A stretch of DNA of 24,576 bases from a virus (taxonomy: Duplodnaviria; Caudoviricetes): positions 1 through 24,576 of the IMG/VR virus record IMGVR_UViG_3300037797_000033. The stretch is one strand, 5' to 3'. Of this stretch, positions 8,039-16,284 are shown piece after piece (position 1 is the first letter of the stretch; every line of letters begins with the position of its first letter). Position numbers and translations under genes: made by a program. The notes under the pieces are model-generated. The model saw only the letters and a program-made list of their open reading frames with translations, made no database searches and was not told the origin of the DNA.

Positions 8039-8596
8039 TCACACTCCTCGCCCGATGGCGTCCTCGACAGTGCGCACGGCGTCGGCGACACCGCGGTTGA
8101 TGCGGCCCATGTGCCGACGCAGCGTCGGCCACCACACGTCCGGAACGTGCTGCTGCGCCCACACCTCCCGGTTTCCCATGACGGGATGCCGTAGGCGCGT
8201 GCCCCGCCTCGATCGGCCGGTCAGGTACTTGACCAGCGGTCGGATGTTCGCCGGCACGGCGAGATCTTGCAGCCGGATCGTCAGTCGGGACCCGTCCCCG
8301 AGCGAGGCCACCGCGAAGTCGACCTTCGACGCGATGCGTGCCCGCGTGCCCCTCGACGGAGATGCCGTGAAGGCGCGGCGGCGCACCTTCCGCCCGTCGG
8401 GCAGTGTCCTGTACTCGGGCAGACGCTGGCCGGGCATTTCAGCGCCGCGTATCGCGCGCTGAACCGCCAGCACGGCCGGCCGGGCGGTACGGCGCAGCGT
8501 CGAGGTGAACTCGCGCCGTAGGTGACCGGGCGCACGGCGCAGGTTGCGTGCCGCGTCCTGCAGCCGGTCCTCGCCCCGCACCCGGATCTGGATCAC
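8039..8596 (-). CDS. Basic tail-completion/neck protein (HK97 gp10-like)
   Basis: GTGA overlap with the tail tube stop; Arg-rich; RHPV.GNREVW.QQ motif. Confidence 0.7.
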   Translation of the reverse strand: MIQIRVRGEDRLQDAARNLRRAPGHLRREFTSTLRRTARPAVLAVQRAIRGAEMPGQRLPEYRTLPDGRKVRRRAFTASPSRGTRARIASKVDFAVASLGDGSRLTIRLQDLAVPANIRPLVKYLTGRSRRGTRLRHPVMGNREVWAQQHVPDVWWPTLRRHMGRINRGVADAVRTVEDAIGRGV

Positions 8597-9627
8597 GGGG
8601 CGGTGTCTTGTCCTTCTACTTCCACCTGAATGAGCGGGTGGGTGCCGGCGTCTTCCTCGTACGCGGTGAAGCTCATGTTGTTGTCGAGCACGTCCGGGCC
8701 ACCGATGCTCGGCGCGCCGGTGTCGAACTTGACCTTCGGATAGGTGACCCGCAGCACCGGGAAGTTGCCGCTGCCGTCGTTCGTCACGCCGGTCCACGCG
8801 AACTGCAGCGCCGTGCTCGTGTCCGCGTCATACAGGTCGACGAGCTGCGTCCGGTCCGCGAACTCCATGTCCAACTCGCCGGTGAACTCGCGGAACCCGT
8901 TCTCCAACTGCTCGGCCTTGATCCCGGCGCCGCCGGCGACCCGCCGGTCGGTGCGCAGGGCGTTCGTGCCGGACAGGGTGATCCCGCGCAGGCCCTTGAT
9001 CGTGGTGCCGCCGGAGATCGTGGTCCGCCCGGAGCCGGTGGACACGGTGCCGCCGAACGTCGCCGTCATCTGCCCCCAGTGGTACGCCTCCAGCGACGCC
9101 AGATACGACGCCGTGGCGAGCGCGGTCGCGTTCGTCCAGTTCCAGCCGTCCAGGGTCAGGCTCAGCTTGACCAGGTCGTCCATCTGGTTGCTGAGCTGCC
9201 ACTCGGTGACCTTGCACCCGTTCCACGTGTACGGCCGCACCGTCCCGGAGTAGCTCTCAGGGAAGCCGCCCTGCACCGTCAGACCCTTACCCGTCAGGTC
9301 CCCGACCAGGTGGATCTGCCGATACGTCAGCGACGCCGCAAGCTGCGCCGTCGACACCGTCCCCAGCGCATGCTTGAAGAACACGCCGAGGCCCTTGGAC
9401 ATGGCGGTCATGCCGACCTGCGCCGACACGCTCTTGCCCGTCACCACCCGGTTGCGCTCCCGATGCCCACGGCCACACGCCCGCAGACCCTCGGACACCT
9501 TCGTGACCTTCTCGTGGGTCGGCTCGACGCTGTCCACCTCGTAAAAGCGCGTCACGGTCACGGCCGTGCCTACGGTGGACTCCTCGGCAAGGCCGAGTTG
9601 CGCGCAGATGCCAGCGCCGATCGCCAT
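8593..9627 (-). CDS. Major tail (tube) protein
   Basis: G.A.EST.GT.VTVTRF N-terminus, Y.GCKVTEW.LS, R.FTG.L..EF; size and position fit. Confidence 0.88.
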   Translation of the reverse strand: MAIGAGICAQLGLAEESTVGTAVTVTRFYEVDSVEPTHEKVTKVSEGLRACGRGHRERNRVVTGKSVSAQVGMTAMSKGLGVFFKHALGTVSTAQLAASLTYRQIHLVGDLTGKGLTVQGGFPESYSGTVRPYTWNGCKVTEWQLSNQMDDLVKLSLTLDGWNWTNATALATASYLASLEAYHWGQMTATFGGTVSTGSGRTTISGGTTIKGLRGITLSGTNALRTDRRVAGGAGIKAEQLENGFREFTGELDMEFADRTQLVDLYDADTSTALQFAWTGVTNDGSGNFPVLRVTYPKVKFDTGAPSIGGPDVLDNNMSFTAYEEDAGTHPLIQVEVEGQDTAP

Positions 9628-9908
9628 TACTGCTCCTCGGTGGTGACGGTGTCAGCGGTCGGGGACTTCGGCGCGCGCTTGTCGGTACGCCACTGCGCGT
9701 GCGGCCACGCGCGGACCACCGGCGGGTTCCCCGCCGAGATCAGATACGCGTCGTCCGGCCAGTTGAAGCCCTGCTCGGCGGCGGCCTTCTCGTCGAGCAC
9801 TTCGCCGGCCAAGTCGACCACGGTGTCGGCGCCGACGACACGGCCGGCCAGCGGCGCCACCTCCAGCGTCTGGCCGCTGACGTTGCGCAGCCTCACGATC
9901 GTCGGCAC
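9627..9908 (-). CDS. Small hypothetical virion-associated protein
   Basis: TAGGAGG SD; TAATG coupling to the tail tube gene. Confidence 0.75.
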   Translation of the reverse strand: MPTIVRLRNVSGQTLEVAPLAGRVVGADTVVDLAGEVLDEKAAAEQGFNWPDDAYLISAGNPPVVRAWPHAQWRTDKRAPKSPTADTVTTEEQ

Positions 9909-9916
9909 AGGACCTC

Positions 9917-10396
9917 CTAAGACAGCCGGGCCCGGCCGGCAAGGGTAAACGAGACAGCGACAGTCGAGCCGGTCGGCGCCTGCGTCTGGATCTGGCGAAT
10001 CTCAGCAGCCGCCAGATGGATCCACAGCAGCCGGCCGACGGCCAGGGTGTAGTTGGTGCGCAACGCCGCCTCGATCGCGTCCAGCAGCGCCTTCGCCGTG
10101 TCGCGGCGGGCAGCCATGTCCTGCGACCCGGACCGCACCCACAGCTCGCAGCGCACGATCAGGTCCTCGTACTTCGCCCGCGCGCCCAGCTCACCCCACG
10201 ACTGGCTGAAGGACGCGTCCGGGCTGTCGTCGTTCGGGTCGCTGGGCGCCGAGCCGACGAACAGCAGGTTCGGCGGCGACAGGTCCGTCGTCGGCGGCCC
10301 GTCAACCACCCGCACACCGGCCGCGGCCAGCGTCGCATCGGCGGCGAACAGGGCCACCAGGGCGTCCAGGACCTCCCAGACAGCCGACGTCGCCAT
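9917..10396 (-). CDS. Tail terminator / head-tail joining protein
   Basis: V.DGPP, A.RD.A..LL..IE.ALR pattern; lies between the adaptor and the tail tube. Confidence 0.75.
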   Translation of the reverse strand: MATSAVWEVLDALVALFAADATLAAAGVRVVDGPPTTDLSPPNLLFVGSAPSDPNDDSPDASFSQSWGELGARAKYEDLIVRCELWVRSGSQDMAARRDTAKALLDAIEAALRTNYTLAVGRLLWIHLAAAEIRQIQTQAPTGSTVAVSFTLAGRARLS

Positions 10397-11202
10397 CAGC
10401 CCACCATCAGCGAGGGTGGCGGCGAATACGGCCGCAGCAGCTCACGCGCCCGGTTCGGGATCGCGAACCCCATCCCCGACGGCACCAACTGGTCGGTGCC
10501 AGGGAACGGCAGACCGCCGCCGCCGGACTGCGTCTGCCACAGATGCTGCGCGATGATCAGCGTGGCGAGCTTCACCGCCGCCGGGATCGCCGCGAACCCG
10601 ACCGTGTACTCGACCTCGTACTGCCCGTAGAAGCTCAGCCCCGACGCCCGGCGCATCACACCCGACGACGAATAGACGACCAGGTCAGCCACATCCACCA
10701 CCGACGCGTGCGTCAGCGCCGTGATAGCCGTGACCGCGGTCACCGGCCGCCGCGTGAGCAGCAGGTCCGTGTTCGAGGCGTAGACGGTCTCCGTGACCTC
10801 CGTCGGGGTGGCCGGGCCCACCATCCACTCGACAATGTCGTTCGCCGCCTCCAGGTGCACGCGGATCTCGTCATCCTGCGTCGTGTCCGTCGCCGGTATG
10901 TTGAGCTGCCGCTTCAGGTCCTCCAGCGAGGCGAACAGGGTGCGGCGGGCGGTGACGGTGAACTGGCCGTGCTCGACGGCGACAACCGCCCCCGACGCCG
11001 TCCACGTGTAATGCCAGGTATCGGGCTGGTCGGCGGTAACCGTGGCCCGGTAGACGCCGGTCGACGGGCTCGTGATCGCCGGACTGGTCGTCGTTCCGTC
11101 CGGCTTCGTCACCAGCAGCGCCATCGTGGCAGCGGTAGCGACCCCGTCAACGTCGGTGACGGTGGTCGACAGGCGCACAGCGTCGCCGACGTCGTAGGTC
11201 AT
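10396..11202 (-). CDS. Head-tail adaptor (gp6-like) with N-terminal Ig-like domain
   Basis: ATG 11202 just after the upstream TGA. YDVGD.V.L...V.KPDGT...G.Y Ig-like domain, then SLEDLKRQLNI...DDEI...L.AA and Y.VG...IP..VK.A.L.IA.HLW. Confidence 0.85.
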   Translation of the reverse strand: MTYDVGDAVRLSTTVTDVDGVATAATMALLVTKPDGTTTSPAITSPSTGVYRATVTADQPDTWHYTWTASGAVVAVEHGQFTVTARRTLFASLEDLKRQLNIPATDTTQDDEIRVHLEAANDIVEWMVGPATPTEVTETVYASNTDLLLTRRPVTAVTAITALTHASVVDVADLVVYSSSGVMRRASGLSFYGQYEVEYTVGFAAIPAAVKLATLIIAQHLWQTQSGGGGLPFPGTDQLVPSGMGFAIPNRARELLRPYSPPPSLMVG

Positions 11203-11203
11203 G

Positions 11204-12694
11204 TCACCCCCTGCTCGTGGCCAGCCGTGCGCTCGTGGTGCTCGACGACATGCCCGCCGCCGCCGTGGTGGCCGCGATCCGGCCGGCGGTGATGGTGCCG
11301 CCAACGACGGGCAGCGGCAGCGTCACCGTGGCCGCGATCACGGCAGGGCCGGCCCCGGACGAGAACCCCGCCTGCGGCAGGGCGACCAGGGTGGCGATCG
11401 TGGCCGGGCCGGCGACGACGGCACCGCTGGGCGCTGCTTGCGGCAGCGTCACCGACGCGGTCACGATCTGGCCACCGACGGTGCTGTTGACGCCGCCCGC
11501 AGGCATGGTGACTGCTGCGGCGAGCGCTGTTGGGCCGGCAGCGGCCATTACAGCGGGCCGGTTCACGGCCCCCAGCGCCACCACGACGGCCGGGGCGACA
11601 CTCGCGCCGGCAGAGACAGCAGCGGCCGGCAGCGAAGCCGCTACGGCCACGACAGCGGGCTGCGCCGTCGCCGACCCACCCACACTCACCGTCGCCGCCG
11701 GCACCGCGGCGACCAACGGGATGACTGCCGCACCGACCAGGGAGTTGACAGTTGCTGACGGAACCGCCGCGGACCCCGACAGGACCACCGCGCCGGCCGA
11801 GACGTTCACGCCCGGCCGCGGCACCGCCGTCGTCGAGGCCGCCACGGCGGGCCCGGCCGAGATGTTCAGGCCCGCCCTGGCCGCCGCCGTGGCGGCCGCC
11901 ACCGTCGCAGGCAGCACCGCCGTGACCAGCGTCGCCTGCGGCACCACCACCGACCGCGCGATCACCACGCCGCCGACGGTCGAGTTCAACGCCGCCCGAG
12001 GCACCGCCGACGTCGCCGCGATGACCGCCGGGGTCGCGGTCGCATCCGTCCCACCGGCCGCAACCTTGAACGCGACGATGATCCCGGTACGGGCCTCCGG
12101 CCCCTGGTTGTACGTCGCACCCGTGCTGTAGCCGGTCGACCCGTTCGCCGTGACCGTCCGGTAGGCGAGGCCGATGATGTCCCGCGTCCCCGACCCGAGC
12201 ACCGTCTCAATGTCGACGACCTCGGTAAACGAGTCCGTCCACGTGTTCAGATCGGTTGTGCCGGCCGCACCCCGCGCGCCACCGATGGAGCCGATCAGCA
12301 GCCGGTCACCGGACGTCGGGGTAATCGTCGGGGTCGTGTAGCTGTTACCGAACGACGCCGTGAGTTGGCCGTTGCTGGTGTCGTACGGCGTCCCCGTCAG
12401 GCCCGACCACTCGGAGACGATCCAGCACGACGGCGACGCCGAACCGATCGTGTACTGCACCGACGTCTCACCGCCGGCCGCGACCTTCCACCACACGTAG
12501 TGGCCCAGGAACGTCTCCTGGCCGCAGCCGGTCGACTCGGTGAACCCGGTCGGCGGGGTCGAGTTGTAGTCGTCCGACCCGACGATGAGGACCAGCAGGT
12601 TCCCCGCCGTCGCACCCGAGTCCAGGGTGGCCGTGACCGTCGCCAGCCCGGTATTCTGCGCGGCCTCGTTGTACTGGACCAGCGACGCGGCCAC
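11204..12694 (-). CDS. Fibre/decoration-like virion protein: beta-sandwich head plus 20-aa repeat stalk
   Basis: N-terminal T.GNLLV...P.GFT...WWKVAAG domain (duplicated at T.GDRLL...AYR); C-terminal A/V/P/T/S/G repeats. Confidence 0.8.
   Translation of the reverse strand: MAASLVQYNEAAQNTGLATVTATLDSGATAGNLLVLIVGSDDYNSTPPTGFTESTGCGQETFLGHYVWWKVAAGGETSVQYTIGSASPSCWIVSEWSGLTGTPYDTSNGQLTASFGNSYTTPTITPTSGDRLLIGSIGGARGAAGTTDLNTWTDSFTEVVDIETVLGSGTRDIIGLAYRTVTANGSTGYSTGATYNQGPEARTGIIVAFKVAAGGTDATATPAVIAATSAVPRAALNSTVGGVVIARSVVVPQATLVTAVLPATVAAATAAARAGLNISAGPAVAASTTAVPRPGVNVSAGAVVLSGSAAVPSATVNSLVGAAVIPLVAAVPAATVSVGGSATAQPAVVAVAASLPAAAVSAGASVAPAVVVALGAVNRPAVMAAAGPTALAAAVTMPAGGVNSTVGGQIVTASVTLPQAAPSGAVVAGPATIATLVALPQAGFSSGAGPAVIAATVTLPLPVVGGTITAGRIAATTAAAGMSSSTTSARLATSRG
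11300..12043 (-). repeat. Twelve degenerate 20-aa (60-nt) coding repeats
   Basis: Examples: ATATPAVIAATSAVPRAALN / STVGGVVIARSVVVPQATLV / ISAGPAVAASTTAVPRPGVN / SGAGPAVIAATVTLPLPVVG. Pro recurs at positions 5 and 15. Confidence 0.85.
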
Positions 12695-12733
12695 GCGATC
12701 ACACCCTTACCGCTCGGTGGTGGCGTTACCGCA

Positions 12734-13177
12734 TCACGGGGTGTAGTCGAGCGTGAACAGGCCGCTGGCGGACCACTGGACGGTCAGCGTCCCGCTACTG
12801 CTCGACGCCGCACTGACGAAGTCCGACAGCAGGATGAGCTGGTCCGTCGCCGACGAACCGACGTTCGTGTACAGCACCGCCGCCATCGCGTTCGCGATCG
12901 TGCTGCTGGCCCACGACACATCAGCCCCGTCGAACGTCAGCACCCCACCGGACAGGGTGACCTCAGTCGACGTCAGAGCCGTACCGCCGGCCGTATACCC
13001 AGTCCCCGTGACCTCGGCGGCGATGTCCGCCCGGAAGTCGTGGGTGTCGAAGTTCGGCGCCTCCGAGTCCGTGACCAGCAGAACCTTGTTGTCCTCGGCC
13101 TCCAGGCTCTCGCCCAGAGTGTCGATCATCATCTTTTCCAGGCTCAGCCCGTACAACCCGGACGCCGTGATCGCCAA
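12734..13177 (-). CDS. Conserved small virion structural protein (147 aa, head/neck fibre-associated)
   Basis: E.TGTGYTAGG.AL...FD.AD.SW...AVLY....T..LI...DF...T.QW...G.F pattern common in phage structural modules. Confidence 0.8.
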   Translation of the reverse strand: MAITASGLYGLSLEKMMIDTLGESLEAEDNKVLLVTDSEAPNFDTHDFRADIAAEVTGTGYTAGGTALTSTEVTLSGGVLTFDGADVSWASSTIANAMAAVLYTNVGSSATDQLILLSDFVSAASSSSGTLTVQWSASGLFTLDYTP

Positions 13178-13181
13178 AGCC

Positions 13182-13412
13182 CTACTCCTCTACCTGCGCC
13201 GACGCCGACACCGACTCCGGACGGGCCTCACCATCGCCCGCGCCACGGCCCTCGCGAAGCTCCCGGTACTCCTGCCGCGCCGCGCGCAGCTCATCCTTCA
13301 ACGCCCGAAACTCGTCATCGTCCATCGCGGAACCCTTCGCCTCGACGAGGCGCTGCTCCAGGTCGACGACGCGCAGCTCGGCATTCAACTCATCGGCACG
13401 CGACACGTTCAC
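13182..13412 (-). CDS. Small coiled-coil hypothetical protein
   Basis: GTGA coupling; E/R-rich helix. Confidence 0.75.
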   Translation of the reverse strand: MNVSRADELNAELRVVDLEQRLVEAKGSAMDDDEFRALKDELRAARQEYRELREGRGAGDGEARPESVSASAQVEE

Positions 13413-13621
13413 CCCACCTTGCGTAGCTTGTAACGAATGGTCTTCGGACGCACCACCGCGTCCAGCCGCTCGGCCGTCTCGACCTGCAACACCGTGCCCG
13501 AGTCGTCGACCGTGCGCAGCGCCCGCTCACCCGTCCGCAGCGTCACCGTGCGCCTGGTGCGGCGGTGCTCCCAGAAGTCGAACGCGTGCGGCACCCACAG
13601 CCCAGACGGACGCTGTCTCAC
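13409..13621 (-). CDS. Small basic hypothetical protein
   Basis: Coupled by GTGA overlaps on both sides; SGLWVP and DAVVRP motifs. Confidence 0.7.
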   Translation of the reverse strand: MRQRPSGLWVPHAFDFWEHRRTRRTVTLRTGERALRTVDDSGTVLQVETAERLDAVVRPKTIRYKLRKVG

Positions 13622-14190
13622 GACGCCTCCTTCGGCCGCTCCAACACCACGTCAAACGGCTGCTGCAACGCCGCATCCGCCGGCCGGGCCGGCTTCACCG
13701 CGGTCAGGGTCGCGACCATCTCCCGCACCACGTTGCGGTACACCCGCACCGCCGCCATGACCTCGTCATCCGACCCGTGCGCGAACATCGACTCGACCTG
13801 GAGTACGACCCGCACCGTCCGCCAGTCCGCCCGGTACCCGTAGCTCGCGCGCCAATAGAACGGCTGCGAGAAGTAGCTCCACGAGTGCAGGAACAGCCGC
13901 CGCACATGCGTCGGGTCCTCATCGGCGGCATCAGACGACCCGTACGGCACCCGGAACCGGGCCGTAGCACCCGGCCGGGCCACCCGCCACAACTCCTGCA
14001 TCAGCGGAAGTGGCCGGTGCAGGTGCTCCAGCACGTGCGAGCCGTAGACCTCCGACACCGAGCAGTCGTCGAACGGCAACGGCACGCCGGAGTCCAGGTC
14101 GAACACGACGTCGACACCATCACCCGGGGTCGCGTCCACGTTGACCCAACCCGGCCGCACGTCCCGACCACAGCCGAGATTGAGCCTCAC
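13618..14190 (-). CDS. Class I SAM-dependent methyltransferase
   Basis: LNLGCG motif I, WVNVD, LPF.D.SV..VY.SHVLEH, E.WRV..PG, DPTH. Confidence 0.88.
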   Translation of the reverse strand: MRLNLGCGRDVRPGWVNVDATPGDGVDVVFDLDSGVPLPFDDCSVSEVYGSHVLEHLHRPLPLMQELWRVARPGATARFRVPYGSSDAADEDPTHVRRLFLHSWSYFSQPFYWRASYGYRADWRTVRVVLQVESMFAHGSDDEVMAAVRVYRNVVREMVATLTAVKPARPADAALQQPFDVVLERPKEAS

Positions 14191-14948
14191 GTGGCCGCTT
14201 CCAGCTCGGCGAGGCGCTGCTGCCGGTCAAAGGCGTCCTCGTCGAGGAAGATCCCACCCTTCTCGTGGCAGGTCTTGACAGACGTGTCCACATGAACCGG
14301 CACACCGGCACCCGCCGCGCGCACGCAGAACGACAGGTCCTCGGAGAACGTCCGCGGCCTGCCCTTCGCCCCGGTCGGGTGCGTCAACGGCTCGAACCAC
14401 GCATCGCCGTACTTCGCCTGCACCTTCACCAGCGCGTCGCGGTGCAGCAGCAGACACGCCGCCCCGGTAGCGGCGGGCTTGAGGACCTGGTCACGGCCGT
14501 AGTCCAACAGCGGCCGGAACCCGATCTCGTCCCCCAGGTCCAGGTACTCGTACACCGTCGGCGCGACCCGGAACCGCTCGGCGTTGAAGTCGCCGCGCGC
14601 CTGCCGCTTCTGCGCGAAACACAGCCCGCCCATGATTGGCCGGTCGACCGGGTCCGCCGACTTCACCAGGCGGTCAACTGTGTCCGGTCCGTAGCCCATG
14701 TCCGTGTCGATGAACCACAGCCACTCGCCGTCGGTCAGCAGGAAGTCCAGGCAGATTTCGTTGCGGCCGGCCGCGACACCCATCGTGCCGGCAACCTTCC
14801 GCAGCTCCTTGCCATTCTCGCGGATGATCCGCTGGGGGCCGAGCAGGTCGTGGATCAGCAGGTCACGGTAGCTGAGGCCGAAGCAGGCGGACCACTTCCC
14901 GGCGTCGAGGTAGCCGACAACGACAGACCCCTCAACCACCGCCGTCAC
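14187..14948 (-). CDS. Glycosyltransferase, GT-A fold (GT2-like)
   Basis: GRN, WLWFIDTD (DxD), TGAACLLLHR, SEDLSFC.R and H.K motifs. Confidence 0.85.
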   Translation of the reverse strand: MTAVVEGSVVVGYLDAGKWSACFGLSYRDLLIHDLLGPQRIIRENGKELRKVAGTMGVAAGRNEICLDFLLTDGEWLWFIDTDMGYGPDTVDRLVKSADPVDRPIMGGLCFAQKRQARGDFNAERFRVAPTVYEYLDLGDEIGFRPLLDYGRDQVLKPAATGAACLLLHRDALVKVQAKYGDAWFEPLTHPTGAKGRPRTFSEDLSFCVRAAGAGVPVHVDTSVKTCHEKGGIFLDEDAFDRQQRLAELEAAT

Positions 14949-15172
14949 CGGCGGGTCGTCCGCTTCTCACCCGGCCGCGCGGTCGCCTGCTCCACCGGCG
15001 CCTCACGCTCAGCCGCGAGCTCGTCGTCGGTCGCGAACATGTGCGGGTACGCCCTGACCAGCGCGTGATCCTCCGGGTACGCCTCCGTCAGCGACGGCAC
15101 CGTGAACCCGCCCGTGTCCGGATCGCGCACCATGGCCTCTTTGCCCGGCCGAACCCTGTACAGCTTGCCCAT
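14945..15172 (-). CDS. Small capsid-downstream protein
   Basis: GAGGAG SD before ATG 15172; D..V...P..F and EQATARPGE motifs typical of small post-capsid genes. Confidence 0.8.
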   Translation of the reverse strand: MGKLYRVRPGKEAMVRDPDTGGFTVPSLTEAYPEDHALVRAYPHMFATDDELAAEREAPVEQATARPGEKRTTRR

Positions 15173-15176
15173 CTCA

Positions 15177-15233
15177 CTCCTCACGCAGGTGCGCAGGGTG
15201 ACGGCCCGGAGCCCTGCGCGTCTCCGGGCCGTC
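15177..15233 (-). promoter_or_regulatory. Hairpin/pseudoknot RNA leader (may also act as attenuator or terminator)
   Basis: 12-bp perfect stem GACGGCCCGGAG/CTCCGGGCCGTC (15200-15233). Loop GCGCAGGG is complementary to downstream CCCTGCGC and CCTGCG, next to the SD. Confidence 0.7.
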
Positions 15234-15243
15234 GGTACTTGCC

Positions 15244-15618
15244 CTACCTGTCGGACTTGCTCTTCCGGCTCGACCTCGCCGAGCCCAAGTCCGACGCCGG
15301 TGCCGGGTCAGCAGAGAACTCCGTCGTCGCCTCCGGCTCCACCATGGCGGCCTCGCGGTCCTCCTCGGCCCGCTCCTTCGCCTTGTCGTCCCGGTCCTCC
15401 AGGCCGTCCGGAACGTCCGCGTTCTTCGCGTCCGGGCGGTCATCGGCGTCCTCGACCGGCTCCAGGTCACGGTGCGAACCGTCCGAACCCACCGGGCCGA
15501 CAGCCTCGTGGATCACGACCGTCTCACCGTCGACCTCGCGACGCTCGCCGATCTGCTGCTCCAGCGGCACCTTGTCGTCGAAGTCCGGGTCGCCCGACTT
15601 CTTCTTCGCGTACACCAT
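15244..15618 (-). CDS. Acidic, probably disordered protein with its own start, nested in frame in the endonuclease ORF
   Basis: TAGGAGACAGC-ATG at 15618; abrupt return to high GC3; D/E-rich composition. Confidence 0.75.
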   Translation of the reverse strand: MVYAKKKSGDPDFDDKVPLEQQIGERREVDGETVVIHEAVGPVGSDGSHRDLEPVEDADDRPDAKNADVPDGLEDRDDKAKERAEEDREAAMVEPEATTEFSADPAPASDLGSARSSRKSKSDR

Positions 15619-16173
15619 GCTGTCTCCTAGGTAGCGAATGGCCGCAGTGAGCACGGCCGGGTCTTCTCCTGCCATCCCGATCATCAAATTGCAGTAGTGA
15701 CAGAGGATTCCCCGAACACACCGCGCGCACCCATACGAGCCGGGGCAGCAGCCGTGGTCGTGGTCGATGTGCCAGACACCGTGCCCGCCGGGCTCCACGC
15801 GCCTACAGACGGCGCAAGACCCGTCCTGCCGCTCCAGCATCTCCCGGTACGACTCCGGCGTCAGACCGTGCCGAGCAATCGTGAGGTTGCGCCGATACCC
15901 GGGGTTTGTCTTCAGGTACTGCTTGACGTACTCAGCCTGACACGGCTTGCAACTGTTGCTGCGGTCGCCAAATTCAGGCGATGGCTTAACGATCTGACAG
16001 CGCGAACACTTACGACTTGCAGACTGTCGAAACCGTTCGCAACGAAGTTCTCTCTGCCGCTTCCTCTTGCATTCCCTTGAGCAGTTCCGCGCGTTCCCAT
16101 TGGTTGGCAGGAACGTCGTACCACAGTGGGCGCAATCCAAGGGAACCGGGTTGCGGGGCACGCCTCTCGTCAT
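15244..16173 (-). CDS. Endonuclease VII-like (His-Me finger) free-standing homing endonuclease, read through into the acidic ORF
   Basis: CxxC Zn fingers (CAHC/CSREC, CSRC/CKPC), then Q.G.CAVC...IDHDH.CC...C..C.RG.LC..CN; lower GC than flanks. Confidence 0.88.
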   Translation of the reverse strand: MTRGVPRNPVPLDCAHCGTTFLPTNGNARNCSRECKRKRQRELRCERFRQSASRKCSRCQIVKPSPEFGDRSNSCKPCQAEYVKQYLKTNPGYRRNLTIARHGLTPESYREMLERQDGSCAVCRRVEPGGHGVWHIDHDHGCCPGSYGCARCVRGILCHYCNLMIGMAGEDPAVLTAAIRYLGDSMVYAKKKSGDPDFDDKVPLEQQIGERREVDGETVVIHEAVGPVGSDGSHRDLEPVEDADDRPDAKNADVPDGLEDRDDKAKERAEEDREAAMVEPEATTEFSADPAPASDLGSARSSRKSKSDR

Positions 16174-16270
16174 CGTCTCTCTCCAGGTGAGGCGGAGGCC
16201 CGGCGCCTGGAGCGCCGGGACCCCCTTCCCTCGGGGATCAGCCGAGGGCGACTACGACCAGCGTAGCACC
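16174..16270 (-). promoter_or_regulatory. Structured leader of the endonuclease gene: three hairpins, SD-sequestering pseudoknot, extended -10
   Basis: Stems CCCGGCGC/GCGCCGGG (16199-16219), CCCTCGG/CCGAGGG (16228-16248), CTACG/CGTAG; TG-C-TACGCT at 16268-16260. Confidence 0.6.
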
Positions 16271-16284
16271 ACCTATATATCGAC

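Noticed and set aside
12700-12733. GCGGTAA direct repeat in a short intergenic gap
   Set aside because: Only 7 bp twice and not seen at other regulatory sites; could be chance.
13618-14190. Methyltransferase as a DNA anti-restriction enzyme
   Set aside because: No DPPY/NPPY or PC catalytic motif; resembles small-molecule/sugar methyltransferases.
15191-15219. Pseudoknot using the proximal 8-nt complement CCCTGCGC
   Set aside because: Only 1 nt links it to a 12-bp stem, which is sterically implausible. It can only be an alternative hairpin, so the distal copy was used for the pseudoknot model.
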